A stretch of DNA of 64,000 bases from Octopus sinensis (Eukaryota), in NCBI RefSeq assembly GCF_006345805.1, contig NC_042997.1, positions 28,086,001 to 28,150,000 on the forward strand, read 5' to 3'. The translations under genes and the position numbers were made by a program. Shown here piece after piece: positions 1-12,051 of the stretch; positions within the stretch are counted from its first letter, which is position 1, and every line of letters starts with the position of its first letter. The notes below the pieces were generated by a model, which had not been told where the DNA came from, did no database searches, and worked only from the letters and a program-made list of their open reading frames with translations.

Positions 1-59
1 ATGCATATATATATATATATAATATATATATATATATATTCATATATATTCAATACGTG

Positions 60-1021
60 TAAGTCATTGTCAACGGGGGTTCCATCCTTGAAGACGAGCC
101 TTGTCCTTGAAGATCTGTAGAGCTCGACGAGGACGTCCTGCAAAACCTGGTGGAACAAAATCTCATCGTAACTTTTGAAAAACTAGCGGAGAAGCTTGGA
201 TTTGGTCATTCAACCATTCATCAATACCTGCGGGCCATTGAGAAAGTCAGCAAATTAGGTCAATGGGTTCCTCACAAACTTTTCGTGTGTAATTGCACGC
301 ATAGAGTGAATGTGTGCTCTTCTTTACTGTCACGTCTCACGAATGAAACGTTTTTGGACAAAATAATGACTGGTGACGAGAAATGGGTTCCCAATAAAAG
401 TCTCAAGCGCTGAAGACATTGGGTAGGGAAAGGAGAAACACTAGCAACCCAGGCTAAAGAAGTCTACTGTCACGTAAGGTGTTGTTATCTGTTTGGTGGG
501 ATATGAAATGTTTAGTCCACTTTGATCTTTTAAACCCAAACCAAACGTTAACAAAAGAGATCTACTGCGAGCTGCTTCAGTGGTTTAAGTCAGCGCTAGA
601 ATAAAAACGATCGTCTTTAGTTTCAGGACGACAGGTTTTCTTCCATCAGGATAATGCTCGACCACATACAGGGATGATAACATTCGAAAGGCTGGAGCCG
701 TTTGAATGGGAAACGAAGCCTCACCCACAATATTCGCCGGACTTTGTCCCATCTGATAACCATTTATTCCGCAGTATCAAAATAATTTGGACAGAAAAAA
801 TATGAACTCTTTAGACGAGGTCAGAGCAGTACTGAAAGATTATTTTTCGTCACGGACAAGTAAATTTTGGAAGAATGGCCTTGCAAGTCTACTAAGTAGA
901 TGGAAAAGCATTGTAGAAAATGAAGGAGAGTATATTTTAGATTAAAAAAGAACTTTATCTTAATTTTGAAAAATAAAAGAAGTAGAAAAAGAAACCGCAT
1001 TATATACGGGATAACCCAATA
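60..1021 (+). mobile_element. Mariner (Tc1/mariner DD34D) transposon remnant, 5'-truncated, with 3' TIR
   Basis: ORF 150-413 contains WVPHKL and TGDEKW. Downstream frames give RKVLLSVWWDMK, HQDNARPH (~641-668) and HPQYSPD..PSD (~722-755). The end ...gggataacccaata resembles a mariner TIR followed by TA. Stops and frameshifts are present. Confidence 0.92.
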
Positions 1022-1275
1022 TATTATATGGGAAAGGGACGAAAAGTATCTTTGAAATTAAAATCTATTAATTGGATTAAAAACATATTTAAACGAAGGA
1101 AGAATGACTCATAATGTATGAAAACAAGTTTTCTGGAAGTGTTAAAGACTTTTCAGTTTCCAGTCTCCGAGACTTTCGTATTATTAGGTTATCAATACAG
1201 AGATAATTGTTTTTAATCGTGTTAATTGTTATCAGTTCTGTCCCGGATATTGAACCCAGCTTCTATTACCTTACG

Positions 1276-1361
1276 TACGAGGGATGTATGAAAAGTCTTG
1301 AGCCGCAAGAAAAACAAAGCAAAACATGATACAAAACTTAACTTTTCATACACTCGTCGTA
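1276..1361. mobile_element. Tiny mariner-type MITE (~86 bp)
   Basis: Ends tacgagggatgtatgaaaagt and acttttcatacactcgtcgta form ~21-bp imperfect TIRs beginning TA-CGA, like mariner TIRs elsewhere in the window. Confidence 0.65.
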
Positions 1362-1599
1362 GTTCAAAATGTTCTTCCTTCCTTTTGAGCAGAACGACTA
1401 TTTCAAATTTTCCATTTGCACAAATGTGAAGATGTTCACTAAAGGAATCTTTTGGAAGGCTATAATTTTTGATTTGTTGCTGATACACCCAAACTTAATC
1501 CTGTTTAGCCGATATAAGTCGCATGCATTTTGTGATTGTGATGCAGTAAATTAGGCTCTGATCCGACATTTAGGATATAAGAACAGAAGAAAAAGAGGA

Positions 1600-4350
1600 A
1601 ACTAAAGTCAGAATAAACCTTTCACTTCAAAAGTGGAAGCAAAAATCACCCACTGACTTCAAGTATCTAAATTCAATAACAAAATCGAAATATATGACGC
1701 CATATCGCAGACAGAAATCACCGAACGAACAAATGGAATGAAAATACATTAGAAAAATTATTAGATTTGTGAAAAGAAGAGAAGAAGCAAAATGAAATAA
1801 AAGAGTAGAACTGAAAAATCTGTGGTTACGGGAATATTAAATCAATTATGGAGCATAATTTGTGAAAACTAAAATGAAATATGAAAATCTTAAAAATACA
1901 GAATTTTGCAAAAAAAAAAAATAAAGAAAAATACTATTCCTACTCTAATAATTTACAAGCTTAATCAAGAAATAATGAAAGAGTGACAACCCATAAATTC
2001 TCATATGCAAATGTAACAAAAAAAGAAATTCAGTAATTGATACCCAGGCCAATTCATGTGCCGTGATTAGAACAGAACAGACGAAAAGAAACCGTCAACA
2101 AAAGAAAACGTATAAATCTACCAAAAACAAGACAGCATAGCAGGGAAGATGGTAGAACAATAATACTAAACATATCAACTGAAAATTGTCCTGAAATAAA
2201 AAAAAATATATGTGGAAAGCAAGGTTAGAAATGACTCACTGAACAAAATAAAAGAACTATTTTAGGAAGGAGGAGTTCCAAACAAAGAAACGAGTTTCAT
2301 GCAAAGAATCGAGGAATTACTGAATCAAATGATCCAAAATTAATAAATTTGTCACAACGAAACTTCATCAACAATGAAATGAAATTTGGGGAGTTTGCAT
2401 TTAAATTCTCACTTATTCCAAAAGATGACACAAATGATTTTATATGTGATACCGAGGGATTTTATAGAAAACTTCATCTAAGGTAATTCTTTCAGAACAA
2501 TGATGATAAAAATTCATTACTTGTAATAAACAAGACGAGATTGGAACCACCAAGGCATACATAATGTGCCTGAAAGGATCAGCAAACTCAAACAATTCAG
2601 CAAATGAAGGTGTGAATGAGTTGGAATGTCTATGGAAAACTTCTACTGTAGTCTATGTAAGAATGGGCCAGACGCATACAGGGAAATGGTCTTAGAACAA
2701 CGTAAATACCAACATTTCTGCAAATGATTAGAAACTAATGCAGATAAGCAAATATTGAGAGAAACTGGTGAAATCATGGACAAATTCAAAAACAACTTTA
2801 TGGAAAATGGGTTGGATGACATAAGAAATTTTGATATAAAAATGGGTACCATTTATTGACTAGCAGAAATTCGTAAGTATAAAGCAAGATCCATAAGAGC
2901 TTCAGGTAACTCTATCATCATATGTAAAACTTCTTAACTGCCAGATATAAGCAATTTACTGGACATAATTTTGAGACTTTTATGCAAATTGGTTCGCAGT
3001 TTCGTCAAAATGACATGGACTTCACGAGCCACATTAGAGAAAGAGAAAATTATGACTTGACCACTATCTAAATAACTATCTTCCTTGGATTAGGGCTAGA
3101 AGCAATCGAATACTGGACCGACAAATACTGACACAAGATTCAGGAGCGACTCACCACAAAGTATATTAGAAGGTTTATGATTGTTGCCAAAAAACTGCGT
3201 CTTTGATTACGAATGTTGCCTACAAGTAAGAGGGCGGCTAATGGGTACGATAGTTGTGCCCATATTTGCAACATCTATGACAGATTTCTTAAACTAAAAT
3301 ATCTATATCCAAACTGAGTTTGCTTTTGATCAATATTTCCAAACTTATAAAGCAACATGTTTTTTTTTTTTAAGTGGAAAAGCTTCCTATATGAGTGTTT
3401 CATATTTGAGAGAAATAAACAGTCACTACATGAATGAGATTAATAAGTAGCATTCTCGAAACTTCCAAATCACTAGGAAAATGAATGTAAAGTAACTATC
3501 TTCCTTGAATATTTTGGTAATTCAGACAGAAGAAACTGTCACAACAGACCTCTAATGCAAGAATATATGGAAATTCACCAACAGTTAGGTTTTAGATTTT
3601 GTCAAATAACATATATCAAAGTAAGCATTCCATTTAACGTGACAAAAACAGTTGAAAGAGAAAACTGATAGATCTAAAAATACTCTCCCGGAAAGATACC
3701 TGGAAAACTTATCAAATTATGCCATAGCTTATGGTAAAAGTGATACTAACCTCTTTAAGACAGAGAGTAGGATCACTTTAAATCCTCAAAATAAATGAAC
3801 ATATACAAGTCAAACCGTGACACAGGATTCTGCACCAATTTACAAACTTCAGAAAAATGAATAAAAAATTATAAATTATTTATAGTCAAAGACAACCTGC
3901 GAATCTTAACAGACGAAAACTCTTATCACAAGAAATAATGCACATAACAAAATGTAGAGAGTTTCATTGTGACACATATATATGAATACAACAGGGTAAA
4001 ATCGAAAATTCAAGAAAGAGATTAAGGAAATTTTGATGCAAATCTGAAATACAAAAGAAAATCCTGCTTTATTGCATTACATACCCATAATGCTGTCAGC
4101 TAAACATGATCCAAATTAATACATATGGTTAGTGTCCATAAGAAACAAATCAAAGATCTATCTCTTAGAAATGTTCCATATACTAAACATCTCGACATTG
4201 TGGGAATGGAAAATTCATTATAGTCAATTTTCTTCAGAATAGGGGAAAGAATGATCAGCTTTGAAAGTCAAAAGGAGAATATTTTATAAAAATACTATAT
4301 CAGAAACTAACAGGAAATAGTTGACACCATAACTAAAAACAACTACCTCG
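1600..4350 (+). mobile_element. Heavily decayed Penelope-like element (RT + GIY-YIG endonuclease)
   Basis: Broken-frame motifs: KFSLIPK..FYRKLHLR (~2400-2485), GLGLEAIEYW (~3086-3116), QVRG..MGTIVVPIFA (~3223-3270) and VHKKQIKD..KHL.HCGNG (~4130-4210), the last matching the GIY-YIG fragment at 29.2-29.5 kb. The 5' boundary is approximate. Confidence 0.75.
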
Positions 4351-4353
4351 ATA

Positions 4354-4565
4354 CCTTATAGGGCAAGTGTCTTCAACTAGAGCCTCGAACCGACCAAAAT
4401 CTTGAGAGTGGATTTGGTAGCCGGAAACTGAAAGGAGCCCGTCGTATATATGTATATGTATATATATGTGTGTGTGTGTGCTGCGTTTATCCCTACAACA
4501 TCGGTTGACAGCCGATGCTGGTGTGTTTACGTCCCCGTAACGTAGCGGTTCGACAAAAGAGACCG
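4354..4565 (+). mobile_element. SINE family A (tRNA-derived, CORE-like), truncated at both ends
   Basis: gggcaagtgtctt...gtggatttggtag..ggaaactgaaag, then (TA/TG)n, then gatgctggtgtgtttacgtccccgtaac; same sequence as the 5183-5606 copy. Confidence 0.85.
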
Positions 4566-5182
4566 GTTCAGTTTTTCTAAGTCATTGAAACACTTAATGA
4601 TTTTTAATAGTAGAAAAATGCTTCTTAAAACACTGTGTTGGTATCAAGATTTTTTTCTAAAAACTAGATATGCATTTGTGGTTAGGAATCTCGCCTCATA
4701 TCAAATGATTCTGTATTCAGTCCCACTGAGCGAAATATTGGGAAAGCATCTTTTAGTATAGGCTCATACCGACTAATGTCTCGTAGGCGGCAGATAGATT
4801 CGCCCCCTGTGGGTTATTATCGAGAATCATGATCAAATATGTTCTAGACACGACCATGGATAACATTCTCCTATCTATCCGTTCATTAGACGGGAAGTTA
4901 TGATTGGAGGGATAGCTGACTGCTCTATCTAACAGGTCGAGCGACAAAGCAGAGATTCACTGATTGACTCGTAATAACAATTAGCAATAATATGCTATGG
5001 GCAAATCAATTAATTATCGCAACGATTTCTAACTGATTTAAATAATTGTTCATTTACCCCTCAAATCTATAATTGCATTCAATATTGAAATTATACAGGT
5101 GTGACAAATATAGTATGCTGCATTCTGAAAATATTGTCTTTGGCTTAAAGAGAACGTCAGAAAGGCGCCATTTTGTGTGTGT

Positions 5183-5606
5183 TACTCTTTTACTCTTACT
5201 CTTTACTCTTTTACTTGTTTCAGTCATTTGACTGTGGCCATGCTGAAGCACCGCCTTTAGTCGAGCAAATGGACCCCAGGACTTATTCTTTGTAAGCCTA
5301 GTACTTATTCTATCGGTCTCTTTTGGCGAACCGCTAAGTTACGGTGATGTAAACACACCAGCATCGGTTGTCAAGCGATGTTGGGAGGACAGACGCAGAC
5401 AAAAAAACAAACAGATACATATATATATATACATATACATATATAGGACAGGCTTCTTTCAGTTTCCGTCTACCAAATCCACTCACAAGGCTTTGGTCGG
5501 CCCGAGGCTATAGTAGAAGACACTTGCCCATGGTGCCACGCAGTGGGACTGAACCCGGAACCATGCGGTTGATAAGCAAGCTACTTAACACAGAGCCACT
5601 CCTGCG
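5183..5606 (-). mobile_element. SINE family A, full length
   Basis: Minus strand: tRNA-like head with A box (tggctctgtgt) and B box (ggttcagtcc), ccatgggcaagtgtctt CORE-like block, internal (TA)n, 3' module and (aagagta)n tail. Multiple homologues in the window. Confidence 0.93.
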
Positions 5607-5619
5607 ACTATATGTTCTT

Positions 5620-6095
5620 CATATCTTTACTGATACAAGTGTAGTTGCTGTTGCTTGTGTAGTTATGGTTGTTGATACTGTTTGTCCTGTTTTTGTTGTG
5701 GATATGATTTACTGTTACTGCTTAAGCCGGTTCTTATTACTGTTGTTGCTGCTGCTACTGTTGCTCTTGATGATCATAATGATGATGGTGTTGTTACTTC
5801 TGCATTTTTTGTTGCTGCTGTTGCCATCGACGTTTCTCTTATTGCTGTTGTTACATTCTTTGTCATTGCGATTGCTACGATTCTTGTTGTTTACTGCCCG
5901 TGTTGTTGTTATTGCTACTGTTGATTTTACTATGCTGTTGTTGTTGTTATTGCAGTTGTTGTTGCTGATGTCATTGTCGCTGTTGTTGATTCTGCTGATG
6001 TAACTCTTATTTATCTTGTTGTTGCAATTGTTTTCATATTACTGTTGTCATTGTTGTTATAGTTACTGTTGCGATTGTTGCTGTCGTTGTCAATG
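5620..6095. repeat. Cryptic (TTG/CTG)n low-complexity tract
   Basis: Degenerate ttg/ctg/gat triplets that produce the poly-L/V pseudo-ORFs. Confidence 0.85.
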
Positions 6096-6958
6096 CTTTT
6101 AATTTTTATCCCTGTTCGAGCCATGAACGGAAATAAATGCACGGGAAAAACACAAACATGCCAGGAAAAAAATATCAGTAAAAATGTCACTTTTTTCCCA
6201 AAATACCTCGAATACTAGTTAATGTAATTAAACAAATAATATTTTAAGTAGTTTATTAGCTGACAATACATGACTTCTACACAATGACAACATGGTTTAT
6301 ATAACGGTATTACACGAATGTCAAAAGCAAAAACACGGTTTATTCAATATTCAAAGAGAAATCAGCGAAACAAAAATGGAGGAAAAAATATATTACATAA
6401 AACATTTGTTGCAATACATGACATGCGCACCTTGAAAATGTCTTACATAAAATCACATCACTGCATGTAAATTCAGTATTTCAGTATTTCAAACGATGCC
6501 ACGAAGAAATACAAAATATTGTAACGTGTGTAAATGATTATGTTCAATGTCACGAACGCTCAGCTCTTTTCACGTTGCACTTAATACGTTATTTCCTATT
6601 TACATACATAGACGGGAAAACGCACGAATATTCATGCTTCGTTCACGAACATATATATACATTTTGTATATGTTTTGTATACGTATATGCATATATATGC
6701 CCACAAACAAGCATCCATCCCTCCATCCATCCACCCACCCATCCATCCATCCAACCATCCATCCATACATACGTACATAGTGTACATAGATGCACACATA
6801 CACATATAATATATATATATATATATGATATGCATACACAATAAATGACAGCACATGTATTAGTGACTTTTTTAGTGGTGAGACGATTCAGTGTCTATTT
6901 CTCAGCATATAGGCTAGAAAACTTTCTTTCTAAGCCATTATCATAATTATATATATAT

Positions 6959-7002
<44 letters not shown>

Positions 7003-7009
7003 TATATCA

Positions 7010-7260
7010 GAAGCGTGCTCCCAGTCACATGGTTCCGGGTTCAGGTCACATTGCCTTGTAGTTTGGACAAGTGCGAGTAGATTTGGTAGAGTGAAAGAAG
7101 CTCGTCGTATATATGTGTATGTCTGTGTGTGTGTCTGTTTGTCTGCCTTTGTGTTCATGTTTGCACACCCCACCTTCCAGCGCTTGTCAGCTGATGTTAA
7201 TAAGTATATGTACCCCTAAACTAGCGGTTCGGTTAAAGACACCGATAGAACAACTGCAAG
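7010..7260 (+). mobile_element. SINE family A, degraded
   Basis: cacatggttccgggttcag...gatttggtag...gtcgtata, microsatellite, then ctagcggttcgg..gaccgatagaa. Confidence 0.75.
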
Positions 7261-8197
7261 AAGTACTGTGCGAATGTTTATACATACATATACACAGAGA
7301 CATATATACAGACATATGCATACGCCTAGACGTACACTTGCACATCTACGCATACATGCTCACACGTATCCGTTAATGTATGTATACATATTCGCACATA
7401 TATATGTATGTGTGTGTCGTACGCAAGTCATTATATCTTTTTTCTACCTCTCTGATTCCTACCTATCACTAACCTATCACATTTGTCCATTTATAGTAAT
7501 TTGACATCCTTGTATTCTTCCCTCCACTTCAAAGTTTGCTGCCAAAACTACTACTTATCCCTCCACCCATAACTTTTCTCTACCTTTTCTCTACACATCC
7601 CTTAATGAAGCCATATCACCCCTACTCATATATCCCATATTATTTTGCTCCTTATCTTCCCATCTCTTCCTGTCCCTTTCCCACACCTTTCCCACCGTCC
7701 TATCACATTAGCTTGACCACCAACTAACACTCCTTTTCTCATTTCTTTTACCATTTCTTCATTTTTTTCACTCTTTTCACTTTTTGCTTTTTCCTCTCTC
7801 CCTTTTGTTTTTTATTCTCTCTTTCTTCCACCCATTTTCTCTTCCTGTTTTAAATCTGACCTATCTCCTCTTTCTAATCATACATATCTCTCCTCCCTTT
7901 CTATCCCCATATGCTACCGATACATTCTCAAATTTTCATCCACACCACATAGCCCTTTCGAACGAGCATCACTGAATCCACGGCTCCACACTTAGAAATG
8001 ACTAAACGTGAACTGCTATTGGAACTTACATACCATGTACAGGAAACTTTTTTACAATTTCTATACACCATCTTCCGCGAATAAAGGAACTGCAACAACA
8101 ATATCTTTATATATTTTATTTCTACTTTCAGTCTCTTATTTCCTCCTATATCTCCTCCCTTTCCATAATAATTTGAACTAAAATATTCTCTCATACC

Positions 8198-8245
8198 GTC
8201 TCTGATGAAGCGATATCCATAATCTCCCAGAAACAGCTGTAAGAC
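8198..8245 (+). ncRNA. Minimal type-I hammerhead ribozyme motif (weak stem II)
   Basis: gtct-CTGATGA(8202-8208)-21 nt-GAAAC-AGCT-GTA-agac: intact core, palindromic stem III and 4-bp stem I. Stem II pairs poorly. Confidence 0.6.
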
Positions 8246-8301
8246 TATTTCATCATAAAAATCCTGAAAACTCACAGAATTGGCTTTGTTATTTCATTCT
8301 G

Positions 8302-8353
<52 letters not shown>

Positions 8354-8370
8354 GTGTATATATATTATAT

Positions 8371-8717
8371 GTGTACTCTTTCAATATGTACAAATAACAC
8401 AGGTGTTATTCAAATCTTTATACTTCCGACATATGCTTCGAGGAAAACATTGGTATTATTTCTGTGGAAATACAATGATGTATAACAATGAAATCATCTC
8501 AACAAGGAGAAAAGAGAAAGAAAACACATAAATTAGACAAAATGGCTTATTAATGTGTTTTCTTTCTCTTTTTCTTTGTTGAGATGATTACATTGTTTTT
8601 CATCATGTTTTTCCCTCAGGAATAATACCAATGTTTTCTTCGAACATATGTTGGAAGTCTAAAGATTTGAATAGCACCTGCATTTAACTCCATTTCCTAA
8701 TTTATATAGTATATATA

Positions 8718-8762
<45 letters not shown>

Positions 8763-9130
8763 ATGTATGTATGTATGTGTGTATATATATTATATGTGTA
8801 CTCTTTCAATATGTACAAATAACACAGGTGTTATTCAAATCTTTATACTTCCGACATATGCTTCGAGGAAAACATTGGTATTATTTCTGTGGAAATACAA
8901 TGATGTATAACAATGAAATCATCTCAACAAGGAGAAAAGAGAAAGAAAACACATAAATTAGACAAAATGGCTTATTAATGTGTTTTCTTTCTCTTTTTCT
9001 TTGTTGAGATGATTACATTGTTTTTCATCATGTTTTTCCCTCAGGAATAATACCAATGTTTTCTTCGAAACATATGTTGGAAGTCTAAAGATTTGAATAG
9101 CACCTGCATTTAACTCCATTTCCTAATTTA

Positions 9131-9132
<2 letters not shown>
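8371..9132. repeat. Near-perfect tandem duplication (unit ~425 bp); each unit holds a ~130-bp-arm inverted repeat
   Basis: 8371-8706 equals 8796-9132 except for one A indel. Arms in unit 1 are 8400-8529 and 8553-8680. Confidence 0.95.
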
Positions 9133-9165
<33 letters not shown>

Positions 9166-9167
<2 letters not shown>

Positions 9168-9922
9168 TTGCGTATGCTGTGAGCACTGATCTCCATGTGA
9201 GCCGAGTAACACTGCTGTGTTTACTTAGCAGGTTGTGAAATTTGTGTTTTTGTCATCTCGTGTATGCGAATTTGTTATGGACAGGAACAAATTGCGAACG
9301 TGAAATTTTGCATTAAACTTGGGATGCTTCCGAAAGCTTATGAAGAAGAGCTAAAACCCGAAAAAAGACCCTTCTTGAAGACGATGAGCGATCTGAAGAT
9401 CTGCCACAAGCGTTAACCTTGTTAATGTAGTATTGTGCATAGAGCAAGACCGTCAATCGAGAGTTCAACTGCGATCTTTTGGAGTGTTTGAGGGAGGATG
9501 TTTGGTGAAAATAACCCTATTTGTGGAGCGCGAAGTAAAGGATTCTTCAAGACGACAATGCACCCTGTCACCGAGTTCTCTTTACTCGTGAGTTTCTCGT
9601 TAAAAACAACACGGGATCGTTCCACCCCACCCCTATTCTCCAGATTAAGCACTTGCGGACTTCCATGTCTTCTCCAAGATGAAAAGGCAGCTCAAATGTC
9701 TGCGTTTTTGCACCGTTGTTGACATCCAGAGCGAATCACAGAACGTCCTCAACTAACGGAAAATGCGTTCAGGCCTGATTCCGAAATTGGTAGGAATGTT
9801 AGGACCGGTGAATTGCTGTGCAAGGTGACTATTTCGAACGGGATGATGTCAATACTTCGGTAAATAAGTTTGTTCTTTTATTAAACATAACTAGTCAGGG
9901 AACCTTTTGATACCCACTCGTA
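9166..9922 (+). mobile_element. Internally deleted mariner remnant with 3' TIR
   Basis: Broken frames: ANVKFCIKLG, LEDDERS, TVNREF, ILQDDNAPCH, HPYSPDLALADFHVFSKMK, QGDYFE. Ends gaaccttttgatacccactcg-TA. Confidence 0.88.
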
Positions 9923-10845
9923 GTATTTTTTCTATGGCATAATATATTTTGGCGTATATTAATGAATTTGACATTCCATTAATATGATAATATGTATCAT
10001 TAATGGAGAACACCTTTACTTTCGCTTGCACACCCTCGTTGCTAGCGTTAGGCTGAAGTGGTTTCACCTGTTTACTCTGATCTCTGTTTCGAAAGAAGTA
10101 GTTTTTCATGATGCAGGTATGGTAGTGTTATCAACCCCGCAGATTAGAATTCAGTTTTAGTGGGAGTCACCTTGAGCACTTGTCTCCTACTATTTCCTGG
10201 GGTTCTAAAAACTTGTGATTGAAATTAGATAGGTAAGAACAGTCGAAGCTCATAGAAAAGATAATTTTTTATGCGTAGTATACCGAATCCCCTGCCTGTT
10301 TAGATAACTCTTCCTCGCGCTGACGCACCTCTAACGAAGAATGCTCTGTAACAAATACTTCAAGTCAAACAAACCACTGTCCTTAATTTTCCTTGCTTTT
10401 TAATGCCACAATTATCGAAGATCTTGAAAAGTATCATGGATGCTACGCTTCTCTTTCACCTAAGTGATAATTAATTAACATTGATTTTAAGAGTTATATT
10501 GCTATAGTGATGATAATAGTAACAATACATTGATACTGTTTTTATTGCTGCCGGTGCTTTAGCCGATGACAAATTTTAACACGTAAATTACTTGGTACAC
10601 CAGTAGCTAATTGAACATCGAGTTGCAATCCTCATATCAATTATTCAGTTGGCAGTGTGTTTAAGTGTGTTGGAATGTACTAGTTTGGTTGTTGTTTTTC
10701 AACCACAGGTAATTTCTCTTCAAGTAGACCGATGATCGAAGACGTTTCAAATATTACATGAGTATCTCATAATTTTGCATGAACATATATTCTAGAGTAT
10801 TATATTATGTAATACACAGCCGTGCCCATACTTGATAAATATACA

Positions 10846-10999
<154 letters not shown>

Positions 11000-11843
11000 A
11001 GGCATTGCGGTGACTTCGAATGAATGAAATTGGTCAAACGAGTTTCAACTTTTTAAGACTCACAAGGGATCGCTTACTTTTGATGTCAAAATTGTCGAAA
11101 GAAAGTAGTTTACTTTACAGAAGGAACATCAGAAGATCTTCATCCCAAGTTTCTAATTAAATTCTCTCGGTTTAACAATGGGATATCAGTTCCACAGCAT
11201 TACTAAACATATCAAGTTTTAGATATGATATGCTTTTATCACTTGATGTTGCTTACCAAATATAGTTTTTTTCTTTTCAAGTTAGTAGAGTGTGGTTTGA
11301 AGGTGGTTCTCATTTCTAGTATGAGAAATGATTGCATAGAAACTTCCTCACTGGAACCTATTGTTTTTCTTGTTAGTGGCTGTATATTATTGCAAGTGTT
11401 TCTCATATTGCAAGTACTATAAGCTATGGTCTATGATCTAATGCGTTTAGTCTTTACTTTTGATGGTAGCATTGCGACATTGTCAATGCAAGGTTCTTCC
11501 TCTTTACGTCGTTTAACATGAGGTCAGCCCTAAAGAGCAGTTCTAATATTAGCCGGGCTATTATGTATATATATATATATATGTATGTATCACGGATAAT
11601 ATAACGAATGGTTTACACCTAGTAGCTTATGGAAAGTCACGGTCACTATCAGAGTGATAGTTAGGTATATAGCTAATGAAAGACAGAAGATGGGATATAC
11701 GAGAATTTATTTCTTATCACCCGAGAGAAATTGATGCTAGATGTGTCGAAACAATTGTCGTTCTCGTTAGTACAGCCTAAGGGGAGAAATCCATGTGACC
11801 GTTAGTTATCCATGATGATACAGATTGGTTTCCAGGATTGCAA

Positions 11844-12051
11844 GGCGGCGAGCTGGCAGAAACGTTAGTACGCCGGGCGAAATGCTGTTACGTTCTGAAT
11901 TCAAATTCCGCCGAGGTCGACTATGCCTTTCATACTTTCGGGATCGATAAATTAAGTTCCAGTAACGCAATGGGGTCGATGTAATCGACTTAATCTCTTT
12001 GTCCTTGTATGTCGCCTCTATGTTTAACCCCTTGTCAGCAATAAAGAAATA
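11844..12051 (+). mobile_element. SINE family B (tRNA head + Nin/Deu-like central domain) with 10-bp TSD
   Basis: ggcggcgagctggcagaaacgttag head, gcctttcat..tttcggg.tcgataaattaagt core and aagaaat tail. TSD aggattgcaa at 11834-11843 and 12052-12061. The domain name is from recall. Confidence 0.9.

Noticed and set aside
1148-1195. Minus-strand ctaataa...gaaac-tgaaaa-gtc hammerhead-like string
   Set aside because: Two core changes, a non-palindromic stem III loop and poor stem I.
5540-5606. tRNA-like sequences here and at about 20030-20100
   Set aside because: These are SINE heads with A/B boxes that continue into SINE bodies; no full cloverleaf was found.
5368-6003. 211-aa ORF
   Set aside because: Antisense SINE A joined to a TTG low-complexity tract.
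7928-8275. 115-aa minus-strand ORF
   Set aside because: No recognisable motifs; antisense to a pyrimidine-rich decayed repeat.
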